Source of the DNA: an uncultured Sphingomonadales bacterium
Lineage (GTDB): Bacteria; Pseudomonadota; Alphaproteobacteria; Sphingomonadales; Sphingomonadaceae
Reading direction: 5' to 3'
Assembly: GCA_937870585.1 (NCBI GenBank)
Contig: CALMZE010000007.1
Location: forward strand, 29,064 to 93,063
DNA: 64,000 nt
This document shows positions 55,901-64,000 of the stretch, piece after piece. The translations under genes and the position numbers were made by a program. The notes beneath the pieces were generated by a model. It had not been told where the DNA came from, ran no database searches, and worked only from the letters and a program-made list of their open reading frames with translations. The first letter of the stretch is position 1. Each line of letters opens with the position of its first letter.

Positions 55901-58348
55901 ATGACAACCATGTTCAGGATGGCGCTTCTGATGGGCAGCGTATCGGCGCTGGCCATGCCGCAAATTGCCTATGCCCAGCCCGCAGACACAGAGGAAGCGC
56001 GCGACGAAATTCTGGTGAGGGCCACGCGTGATGCGCGCAGCCTTCAGGAGGTTTCGATGGCAGTCGATGTGGCGACCGGCGACGATCTCGAAAAGCTTCG
56101 CATCTTTGACGTGAAAGACATCCAGCAACTCTCCCCGGGTCTGGAACTCACCAACAATAGCGGACGCAACAATACCGCGTCGCTGCGCGGCGTTTCGTTC
56201 GATCCTGATCAGGGCACATCGCCTTCGGTGCAGGTCTATTTCAACGAAGCCCCGATTGATGCGCAGACGGCCTTCACAGCCATGTACGATGTGAGCCAGA
56301 TCGAAGTGCTACGCGGCCCGCAAGGCTTGTTGCGCGGCGAAACCGCCCCTGCCGGATCGATCACCATCGCCACGCGGCGACCGGATTTTGGCGTGGTCGA
56401 AGGCTATGCTCAGGCGAGCCTCACCTCGCGCGGCGGGCACAATCTGCAAGGCGGCTTCACCCTTCCGCTGGGCGAAACCTTTGCGCTGCGTGTGGCGGGC
56501 CTGACCGATGGCAACCGGATCAACCATGTCCGCAACGTCAATCGCGGTGGAGAGCGCTCAAAGAGCCGGACCTGGAGCGGTCGGGCCACATTGGGATGGA
56601 AGCCCAATGACCGGTTCGAGGCCTATCTGACCTATCAGCATCTTGACGCGGACAATCAGGTGTTCACGCAGGTTACTGGTGCCGGAAACACGCCCTTTGG
56701 GATCTATGGAGAGATTTTCGGAACGCCGTCCATCTTCATGCCGCCCGCCTTTGGCGGTGGCCCCTTTGCCGTGAACACGGCCGTGCGATCCGGCCCGGCG
56801 ATCACCGTGAAGGCCCGGCTTGCGGTTTCGGAAGGGCCGTATCGGGTCAAGCTGAATTCAGACATTGTGAATCTGGCGTTTGATTGGGATTTGGGCGCCG
56901 TCAAACTCGCCTTTGTCGGCAATCACCAGCGCGCGGTGGCCAATACGCTGCGCGATCAGGATTATGGCAATGCTATTCCCGGCTATCAGCAGCTCAATCC
57001 GGTTCACGTCCCCTATAATGTCGACACGCAGGAATTGCGGCTCGATTCCAGCAACAGCGAGGGCTTTGGCTGGGGCGTGAGCGTCTATCACCGGCGGCAG
57101 AAGGGGCTCGTGACCAACGATTCCACGAATGACCTGTTCCTCTATGCCGTGTCGCCAACATCAATGGTTCGCCCGCCGAACGCCTTGGTGGGGCTGCCGG
57201 GCGCTGGCTTTGCGCCCTTCCTGATCGGCAATCAGTTGGGCCTGCAAGTCGCGGTGGATGTTCCGCTCAACATCGAAACCTTCTCGTACAATGCGCACCT
57301 CCGCTACAGTTCGGGGCCACTGCGGATCGAAGGCGGCCTGCGCTATTCGACGCGCAAGAATGTGCAGACCACGCAGATTGGCCTTTCAGGCTTGCAAACC
57401 GTTGCCAAGCGCGAAGTCATTCCGGCGCACTTGCAGGATATCCGCTCCAAACCATGGACGGGTGGGTTCAACATAAACTACGCGTTGAGTGACACGCTCA
57501 ACGTCTACGCTGCATATGGCCGCTCAAACCGGGGCGGCTCCACGGGCGTCTCCACACCCATCGGCATTACCGATGATCTGGTGCGCACTACCGAGGAAAA
57601 GACCGATTCTTACGAAATCGGCATGAAGGGCTCGGCACTGGACCGGAAGCTCAATTTCTCGATGGCCGCTTACTACCAGAAGCTTGACGGCTATGTCCGC
57701 CGCCTCGATGGCATTTTCTACAATGCCCCGGCCAATCAACCCACAACCGGCTTCTTCTATTTCAACTATAATGGCGATGCGACCATCAAGGGCGTGGAAG
57801 GTACGCTCGATGCGCGCCCCACGCCCAACTGGGATGTGAACCTTTCTGCGTCCTATAGCCGCGCGCGCTTTTCCAATGCCCGCCTGCCCTGCAATGACTT
57901 TGCCGGAACGGGCATCCCCAACCAGAATGGCGTGCCAACCGTTACGGGAACTGGGAATACCAGCTATTGCCTGACCAATGGCCGTCTGGCTGAAGTGCCC
58001 GATTTCAGCCTGACAGCGAACACCGAAGTCCGGTTCCCAATGGGCAGCGTCACGCCCTATGTGCGCGCCTTGTTCACCCACCGCCCCGGCTTCTTCTCTG
58101 ATCTGGCACAGTTCCATTATCAGAGCCGCCAGTTGCTCAACATGTTCATCGGTGTGCGTGGACCCGACGATAAATGGTCGGTCGATGTGTTCGCCCGCAA
58201 TCTGTTCAACCAGCAGCGCATCTCAAACATTTCTGTCGGCAATGCCACGCTGAACGCAACGGTCAGCGGTGCCTTCAACTCCGGCTACCGAACCATCAAC
58301 AGCACAACGCCGCGCGAATTCGGGCTGACTGCGGCTGTAAAGTTCTGA
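55901..58348 (+). CDS. TonB-dependent receptor
   Basis: Signal peptide, EVLRGPQGLL plug, C-terminal PREFGLTAAVKF; SD GGGAGG. Confidence 0.93.
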   Translation: MTTMFRMALLMGSVSALAMPQIAYAQPADTEEARDEILVRATRDARSLQEVSMAVDVATGDDLEKLRIFDVKDIQQLSPGLELTNNSGRNNTASLRGVSFDPDQGTSPSVQVYFNEAPIDAQTAFTAMYDVSQIEVLRGPQGLLRGETAPAGSITIATRRPDFGVVEGYAQASLTSRGGHNLQGGFTLPLGETFALRVAGLTDGNRINHVRNVNRGGERSKSRTWSGRATLGWKPNDRFEAYLTYQHLDADNQVFTQVTGAGNTPFGIYGEIFGTPSIFMPPAFGGGPFAVNTAVRSGPAITVKARLAVSEGPYRVKLNSDIVNLAFDWDLGAVKLAFVGNHQRAVANTLRDQDYGNAIPGYQQLNPVHVPYNVDTQELRLDSSNSEGFGWGVSVYHRRQKGLVTNDSTNDLFLYAVSPTSMVRPPNALVGLPGAGFAPFLIGNQLGLQVAVDVPLNIETFSYNAHLRYSSGPLRIEGGLRYSTRKNVQTTQIGLSGLQTVAKREVIPAHLQDIRSKPWTGGFNINYALSDTLNVYAAYGRSNRGGSTGVSTPIGITDDLVRTTEEKTDSYEIGMKGSALDRKLNFSMAAYYQKLDGYVRRLDGIFYNAPANQPTTGFFYFNYNGDATIKGVEGTLDARPTPNWDVNLSASYSRARFSNARLPCNDFAGTGIPNQNGVPTVTGTGNTSYCLTNGRLAEVPDFSLTANTEVRFPMGSVTPYVRALFTHRPGFFSDLAQFHYQSRQLLNMFIGVRGPDDKWSVDVFARNLFNQQRISNISVGNATLNATVSGAFNSGYRTINSTTPREFGLTAAVKF

Positions 58349-58536
58349 CCAGCTCCCCAGGGGCGGCCGATGAATATGGCCGCCCCACCCATGGCCATTG
58401 TCCTGCCTGATCGTTCTGATAGAGCGTCGAGACGGGCTTGAGGCGGAACCCCTCCAGCGTAGCGCTGATCTGGAGGGGGCTTCTGCCAAGAGACCGCTTT
58501 AACAGCCCTCTCTCTACGAGCCCCGAGGATAGCAGC

Positions 58537-59325
58537 ATGGCCGAAATCGAATATTCCGTGTCAGACAATATCGTGACGATCACACTGAACCGGCCAGAGC
58601 GCATGAACGCCATTTCGCGCTCCATGCTCGCCGAACTCTCGGCAGCACTCGTTGCTGCGGATGAAGACAAGGATGTGCGGGTCGTGATCCTGACCGGAGC
58701 GGGCCGCAGCTTTTGCGTTGGGCTGGATTTGCAGGAAGCCTCTCGCGGAGAAGGCATTGGCGGATCACAGGGCAATTATGCCCCCACGCTGGACCTGCGC
58801 AACGCACCACCCATTGTGCTGAACAGCATCGACAAGCCAACCCTGTGTGCGCTGAACGGCTCAGCCGCGGGATATGGCATGGACCTTGCGCTGGGGTGCG
58901 ACATTCGGATCATGTCCCAGGATGCCAAGCTCGCGGCTGCCTTTGTAAAGCGCGGCGTCGTGCCTGAATCGGGGGGAACATGGTTCCTGCCGCGTATGCT
59001 GGGCTGGGCGAAGGCAGCAGAGATTATTTTCACAGGCCGAACCCTTTCGGCAGCCGAATGCCTCGCAGACGGTCTGGCGAATCAGCTTGTCGCAGCCGAT
59101 GACGTGATGGCCACCACCATGGCCCTGGCTCGCGAAATCGCCAGCAATGCACCGCTGGCCGTGAGCGCATCGAAACGGATGATGCGTATGGGGCTGGAAG
59201 AGACATTTCCCACCCATGTCCAGCATGTTTACCTGCAACTGCTGCCGCTCTTCGCCTCCGCAGACTTCAGGGAGGGGATCGCCTCATTTCTGGAGAAGCG
59301 AGAAGCGCAGTTCAAGGGACAATAA
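58537..59325 (+). CDS. Enoyl-CoA hydratase/isomerase family protein
   Basis: LNRPERMNA, FCVGLDL, AAGYG, PESGG. Confidence 0.92.
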   Translation: MAEIEYSVSDNIVTITLNRPERMNAISRSMLAELSAALVAADEDKDVRVVILTGAGRSFCVGLDLQEASRGEGIGGSQGNYAPTLDLRNAPPIVLNSIDKPTLCALNGSAAGYGMDLALGCDIRIMSQDAKLAAAFVKRGVVPESGGTWFLPRMLGWAKAAEIIFTGRTLSAAECLADGLANQLVAADDVMATTMALAREIASNAPLAVSASKRMMRMGLEETFPTHVQHVYLQLLPLFASADFREGIASFLEKREAQFKGQ

Positions 59326-59378
59326 GGCGCGAACACAGCGCCACGCTTTGCCAAATCGGCTGCTTCTATTTGGAAAAG

Positions 59379-59454
59379 TGGTGCCTCGGGGCGGATTCGA
59401 ACCACCGACACGCGGATTTTCAATCCGCTGCTCTACCAACTGAGCTACCGAGGC
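59379..59454 (-). tRNA. tRNA-Phe(GAA)
   Basis: GCCTCGG acceptor, GCGGA-TTGAAAA-TCCGC anticodon arm, GGTTCGAATCC, CCA; 76 nt. Confidence 0.97.
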
Positions 59455-59501
59455 CCAAAGCGCGGATGAATCAGCCGCGCGTTTCGGAGCCGCGCCTATA
59501 G

Positions 59502-59681
59502 TCAGGCTTCGGGGGTGCTGTCCAGCCCTGTTCCAGCATCTTCGTCATCTGAATGCACCGGCACCGCATAAGCGCCATCGAGCCAGTTGATCATATCCCG
59601 ATCCCGGCAGCCGCGCGAGCAGAAGGGCTTGTGTGCGGGCTGCGTCGGCTTGCCGCACAAGGGGCAGCGGCGCTCAGCCAT
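59502..59681 (-). CDS. yacG: DNA gyrase inhibitor YacG
   Basis: CPLCGK...PFCSRGCRDRDMINWLDGAY. Confidence 0.92.
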   Translation of the reverse strand: MAERRCPLCGKPTQPAHKPFCSRGCRDRDMINWLDGAYAVPVHSDDEDAGTGLDSTPEA

Positions 59682-60240
59682 GCAAGGCTCCTGCGGCTTC
59701 GAGCAGCGCGCGCGTTTCAAACAGTGGCAGACCCATCACGCCCGAATGCGATCCGGCGAGGTGCTTCACAAATGATTCGGCCAGGCCCTGAATGGCATAG
59801 CCTCCCGCCTTCCCGTCCCATTCGCCGCCCGCCACATAGGATTCGATTTCAGCCGCGCCGAGCCGCTTGAAGCTGAGCGTGCTCACCGAAAGCCGGTGGC
59901 GCGCCGCGCCGCCCGCATCCACTACGGTAACAGCAGAGAGTACACGGTGTCGCCGCCCTGAAAGGAGGTTCAGGCAGGCGCGTGCCTGCTCCGCTGTTTC
60001 AGCCTTGGGCAAGATACGCCGCCCGCAGGCAACCACCGTATCGGCGGCCAGAACGATTTTTCCGGGATGGCGCGCAGCAACGAGCATCGCCTTTTCCGCC
60101 GCAATCCGGCGCGCATAGTCGGCAGGAAGCTCAGCCTTGTGCGGGGTTTCATCGCAATTGGCAGGGTCAACCGCTTCTGGCACAAGGCCCAGCCGCGCCA
60201 ACAACTCCAGCCTGCGCGGGCTGGCGGAGGCGAGGATCAT
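59674..60240 (-). CDS. maf: Maf family nucleotide pyrophosphatase
   Basis: [32 protein letters not shown]. Confidence 0.95.
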   Translation of the reverse strand: MILASASPRRLELLARLGLVPEAVDPANCDETPHKAELPADYARRIAAEKAMLVAARHPGKIVLAADTVVACGRRILPKAETAEQARACLNLLSGRRHRVLSAVTVVDAGGAARHRLSVSTLSFKRLGAAEIESYVAGGEWDGKAGGYAIQGLAESFVKHLAGSHSGVMGLPLFETRALLEAAGALHG

Positions 60241-60455
60241 TTGAAGCGGTAGGTGATGCGGCCCTTGGTCAAATCATAGGGCGTCAGTTCCACCAGAACA
60301 TCGTCTCCCGTCAGCACGCGGATGCGGTTCTTGCGCATCTTGCCTGCCGTGTGGCCGAGGATTTCATGATCATTCTCAAGCTTGACGCGGAACATGGCGT
60401 TGGGCAGCAGTTCAACGACTGTGCCGCGCATCTCGAGAAGTTCTTCCTTCGCCAT
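60237..60455 (-). CDS. infA: Translation initiation factor IF-1
   Basis: MAKEE...[13 protein letters not shown]...[11 protein letters not shown]...[13 protein letters not shown]. Confidence 0.99.
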   Translation of the reverse strand: MAKEELLEMRGTVVELLPNAMFRVKLENDHEILGHTAGKMRKNRIRVLTGDDVLVELTPYDLTKGRITYRFK

Positions 60456-60602
60456 CCGGTTGTTCGTGCCTTGTCAAAACTGTTTGGAGCCGCGCGCCCC
60501 TTAACCGCTTTGACGTCAAAAGGAAAGGGCTGACGCGACTTGCGTAACGGCCCATTTGCGGGCAGCCTTGTCTCTATCCAAGATGACCGTGGCAGAGGGG
60601 GC

Positions 60603-61523
60603 ATGATGGGGGCTCGATCCAGCTTTGTGTTGATGATGGCTGCCGCCACGCTGGCGCAGGCTCTGCCGCTGGGTGCTGCACCTGACGAAGCCATCGATGG
60701 CAGCACCACGGTTGAGCAAGGCCGCCCCGCGCGCTGGATGTTTGAGCAACATTTGAAGCTGACAGCCGCGCTCGCTACACTCAAGCCGCAGCGCAAGGGC
60801 GTGGTGGATGCCTTTGTCGTCTCGATCGGGCTTGATGCCGATCCGGTGTTCGGGCGAGAAGCAGCAGAGGCCGAGCGCGTTCTGTCGCGGCGCTATGGGG
60901 CAGAAGGCCACTCCATCCTGCTGGCAGCTGGGCCGGGCGCGGGCGGCAAGGAGGATGCCAATGGCTCTCCTTCAAACCTGACCATCGCTTTGGGCAGTAT
61001 CGCGGCAAAGATGGACCCGAAGGAGGACGTGCTGATCCTCTACACCACCAGCCATGGCAGCCCCACCAATGGCCTCGCCTATAAGGACGGGGAGTTCGGA
61101 TTTGGCATGATCGGCCCCAAAAGACTGGCGGACATGCTCGACGGATTTGGCATCAAGCGGCGCATGGCGATTATTTCCGCCTGCTATTCGGGTATCTTCG
61201 TGCCGGTGCTGGCGAATGACACGAGTGTGATCGTCACAGCCGCATCGGACCATACATCGTCCTTTGGCTGCGTGCCGACCAATGACTGGACCTATTTCGG
61301 AGACGCCTTCATCAACAATGCGCTGCGCAGTCCGGTGACGCTGGACACGGCCGTGGCGCAGGCCTTTGCGCGGATCAGCGAATGGGAGAAGAAGGACACG
61401 CTCTTCCCCTCCCAGCCGCAATTTTCCATGGGTGAGAAAGTGGGGACTTGGCTGACGCCGCTGGAAGCGCGGATGCCCAAGGAGCGGACCAAGCCGACGG
61501 GCAAACCGGCGGTGACGAGGTAA
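60603..61523 (+). CDS. C13 family peptidase (legumain-like)
   Basis: Signal peptide; TSHG and SACYSG His/Cys dyad motifs. Confidence 0.85.
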   Translation: MMGARSSFVLMMAAATLAQALPLGAAPDEAIDGSTTVEQGRPARWMFEQHLKLTAALATLKPQRKGVVDAFVVSIGLDADPVFGREAAEAERVLSRRYGAEGHSILLAAGPGAGGKEDANGSPSNLTIALGSIAAKMDPKEDVLILYTTSHGSPTNGLAYKDGEFGFGMIGPKRLADMLDGFGIKRRMAIISACYSGIFVPVLANDTSVIVTAASDHTSSFGCVPTNDWTYFGDAFINNALRSPVTLDTAVAQAFARISEWEKKDTLFPSQPQFSMGEKVGTWLTPLEARMPKERTKPTGKPAVTR

Positions 61524-61526
61524 GGC

Positions 61527-63305
61527 TCAGCAGAACCGCTCCACCACCTCCAGCACTTCATCGCCATAAGCATCGAGCTTGCGCTGGCCGAGGCCCGGCA
61601 GGCGCGACAAGGCGGCAAGCGAGGCCGGGCGCGCGGCGGCGACCTCCCGCAACGTGCTGTCATGGAAGATCACATAGGGCGGCACTTGTGCTTCGGCAGC
61701 ACGATCCCGCCGCCACGCCTTCAAAGCCTCAAACAACGGATCGCCCACCGGATTGGACCCGCCATCACGGCGGCGCTTGCGCTCTCGCTTGGGCGTCTGG
61801 ATCAGGCTGACACTCGTATCGCCTTTGAGGATCGCGCGCGCTTCCGGGCCGAACATCAACCCACCATGCTCTCCGGTACGCAAGGCATCACGCAACAGGA
61901 GCGAGCGCGCGACGGGCTTGATCAGCGCCGCCTCTTCCGCATCGACAATGCCGAAGACAGACAATTGATCATGCCCCAGCCGCTGCGCCCGCTCATCCGC
62001 CTTGCCGGTCAACACTACCTCTACATGGCCCACGCCAAAGCTCTGCCCGGTGCGGTAGACAGCGGAGAGGAACTTGCGCGCCAGTTCGGTGACGTCAAAA
62101 GCGTTGGGCGGATTGAGGCAATTGTCGCAATTCCCGCATGTCTCTGCCGGGCTTTCTCCGAAGTGCCTGAGCAGAACCGCGCGCCTGCATCCCGCCGTTT
62201 CCACAAGCGCGCCCAATGAATTGAGCCTCGCGCGTTCACCGGGGAGGCGCGATTCATCCACATCACCCAGCCATTGCCGCGCGCGGGCGAAATCATCCGC
62301 ACCCCAGAACATGTGCGCCACCGCCGGTTCGCCATCGCGCCCGGCTCGTCCGGTTTCCTGATAATAGGCCTCGATCGATTTGGGCAGACCGGCATGGACC
62401 ACGAAACGGACATCGGGCTTGTCGATCCCCATGCCGAACGCGATGGTCGCCACCATCACCATATCCTCGCTCGCCACAAAATCAGCCTGATTCTGGCGGC
62501 GCACCTCAGGCTCCAGCCCGGCATGATAAACGCGCACTGGTCGCCCGGTCTTCGCCAGCTTGTCCGCCAGCACTTCCGTGCCATTACGCGACTGAACATA
62601 CACAATACCCGCGCCCGGCGTTTCGGCAATCACATCCGCCACCTGCCGCGTCGTGCCATCGCGCGGGGTAATGGCGTAGCGGATGTTGGGCCGGTCAAAG
62701 CCCGCCACGATCAGCCCGTCATCGGGAATGCCAAGCTGCGCCAATATGTCCGCGCGCGTGTGCCGGTCTGCCGTGGCGGTCAGCGCCAGACGCGGCACGT
62801 CATGGAAATCATCCATCAGCGGACGCAGCATCCGGTAATCGGGCCGGAAATCATGCCCCCATTCAGAGACGCAATGCGCTTCATCAATGGCGAAGAGCGC
62901 AATATCGGCTTCGCGGAGCAGGCCCCGGAATTCATAGCCGGACGCGCGTTCTGGCGCGACGTAAAGCAAATCGAGCTCACCTGAACGGAACCGCTCCAGC
63001 GTCTCCGCCCGGTTCTCATCCACCGAAGTCAGCGCAGCGGCGCGGATGCCCGCGCTGGTGGCGGACCGGATCTGATCGTGCATCAGCGCAATCAGCGGAG
63101 AGATGACGATGGTCGTTCCGCTGCTCATCACGGCAGGCAGTTGGTAGCAGAGCGATTTGCCTGCTCCGGTCGGCATCACTGCCAACGTTCGCAATCCGCC
63201 CAGAACGCGGGCCACCACGTCAGACTGGACCCCGCGAAACCCCGGAAATCCAAAGACGCGCCGCAGGTGATCGAGCGTATCGGGGGGAAGCGGCGGCGCA
63301 AGCAT
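61527..63305 (-). CDS. recQ: DNA helicase RecQ
   Basis: MPTGAGKS, DEAH, ALTATA, YYQETGRAGRDG, RQC and HRDC regions. Confidence 0.97.
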   Translation of the reverse strand: MLAPPLPPDTLDHLRRVFGFPGFRGVQSDVVARVLGGLRTLAVMPTGAGKSLCYQLPAVMSSGTTIVISPLIALMHDQIRSATSAGIRAAALTSVDENRAETLERFRSGELDLLYVAPERASGYEFRGLLREADIALFAIDEAHCVSEWGHDFRPDYRMLRPLMDDFHDVPRLALTATADRHTRADILAQLGIPDDGLIVAGFDRPNIRYAITPRDGTTRQVADVIAETPGAGIVYVQSRNGTEVLADKLAKTGRPVRVYHAGLEPEVRRQNQADFVASEDMVMVATIAFGMGIDKPDVRFVVHAGLPKSIEAYYQETGRAGRDGEPAVAHMFWGADDFARARQWLGDVDESRLPGERARLNSLGALVETAGCRRAVLLRHFGESPAETCGNCDNCLNPPNAFDVTELARKFLSAVYRTGQSFGVGHVEVVLTGKADERAQRLGHDQLSVFGIVDAEEAALIKPVARSLLLRDALRTGEHGGLMFGPEARAILKGDTSVSLIQTPKRERKRRRDGGSNPVGDPLFEALKAWRRDRAAEAQVPPYVIFHDSTLREVAAARPASLAALSRLPGLGQRKLDAYGDEVLEVVERFC

Positions 63306-63383
63306 GGCGCTGCCCTAGCGGGGAAGTGGGCCGCGCGGAAGCCTGCTCTGGCCTCTCCCGCGCTTCCATGGCACAAGGCCGCC

Positions 63384-63761
63384 ATGTCCCGCCTTTCCGA
63401 TCTGGCGCACCGCCTGCGCATTGACGCCCATGCCGTCTGGCTCGCCGCGCGTGATCCCGCTGTGCCATGGCCGGTGCGGCTGTTCGGCCTGTTTCTCGCG
63501 GCCTATGCGCTCTCACCAATTGATCTGATCCCGGACTTCATCCCGGTGCTCGGCTTGCTGGACGATGCGATCATCCTGCCTGCGGGCGTCTGGCTGTTCG
63601 TCAAGCTGGTTCCGGCTGATATTTGGGAAGGCCATAAGGCGAGCGCAGAGGCCGCCAGCCATCGCCCGGTCAGCCGCTGGGGCGCGGTCGGCATTGCGCT
63701 GTTGTGGATCGTGGCACTGGCTTGGGTGGCGCTGCTGGTGCTGGGCGGGCGCTATTATTGA
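63384..63761 (+). CDS. DUF1232/YkvA family membrane protein
   Basis: [22 protein letters not shown]. Confidence 0.9.
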   Translation: MSRLSDLAHRLRIDAHAVWLAARDPAVPWPVRLFGLFLAAYALSPIDLIPDFIPVLGLLDDAIILPAGVWLFVKLVPADIWEGHKASAEAASHRPVSRWGAVGIALLWIVALAWVALLVLGGRYY

Positions 63762-63771
63762 GGATGATGGC

Positions 63772-64000
63772 ATGACCGAACGCCGCTTCAAACAGGTGGA
63801 TGTGTTCACTGCCGTGCCGCTGATGGGCAATCCTGTGGCCGTCATCCTGGAGGCAGATGGCCTGACTGATGCCGACATGCATCGCATGGCCGCGTGGACC
63901 AATCTGTCCGAGACAACCTTCGTGCTGCCGCCGACCGACCCGGCCGCCGATTATGCCGTGCGCATCTTCACCCCGCGCGCCGAACTGCCCTTTGCCGGGC
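63772..64000 (+). CDS. PhzF family epimerase (3'-truncated by window edge)
   Basis: QVDVFT...GNPVAV...NLSETTF...RIFTP..ELPFAG. Confidence 0.92.
   Translation, partial: MTERRFKQVDVFTAVPLMGNPVAVILEADGLTDADMHRMAAWTNLSETTFVLPPTDPAADYAVRIFTPRAELPFAG

Larger units (their letters stand above)
30277..59378. other. Accessory block 2 between tRNA-Ala and tRNA-Phe 3' ends
   Basis: Non-housekeeping operons between inward-facing tRNA 3' ends; no integrase or att repeat seen. Confidence 0.4.

Overview
GC-rich alphaproteobacterial chromosome segment; gene content and GGAGAG-type SD sites suggest Sphingomonadaceae. Three housekeeping blocks (about 1-12.8 kb, 25.4-30.3 kb with ihfB-rpsA-cmk-aroA, and 59.4-64 kb with yacG-maf-infA-recQ) enclose two accessory blocks, each lying between two tRNA genes whose 3' ends face inward. 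Block 1 (12.9-25.0 kb, tRNA-Ser(CGA) to tRNA-Leu(UAA)) holds an IS5 relic and a divergent catabolic cluster. That cluster has a XylA-like reductase, aryl-alcohol and aldehyde dehydrogenases and a TonB receptor but no recognisable oxygenase. Instead it has an orphan membrane trio (DUF4386-like, CoxIII-like, CoxIV-like), two AttH/CrtC-like proteins and an APH kinase with a small partner. The tRNA-Leu(UAA) carries a 239-nt group I intron at the cyanobacterial/plastid trnL site. Block 2 (30.3-59.4 kb, tRNA-Ala(GGC) to tRNA-Phe(GAA)) holds a coupled 13-gene operon (SPFH, 2x DUF4178, unannotated 47-aa protein, DUF350, membrane SpeE, flavin oxidoreductase, SpeD, STM4015-4011 with ATP-grasp and two radical SAM enzymes). 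This converges on a 5-gene MoxR/degenerate vWA/bpX/LRR operon and is followed by a TetR-linked BVMO/esterase/TonB cluster with a shared operator motif. A SuhB-like sRNA lies divergent from a LysR gene beside a CYP153-like P450. No CRISPR array, rRNA or integrase was seen. Family names are from motif recognition and memory, not database searches.
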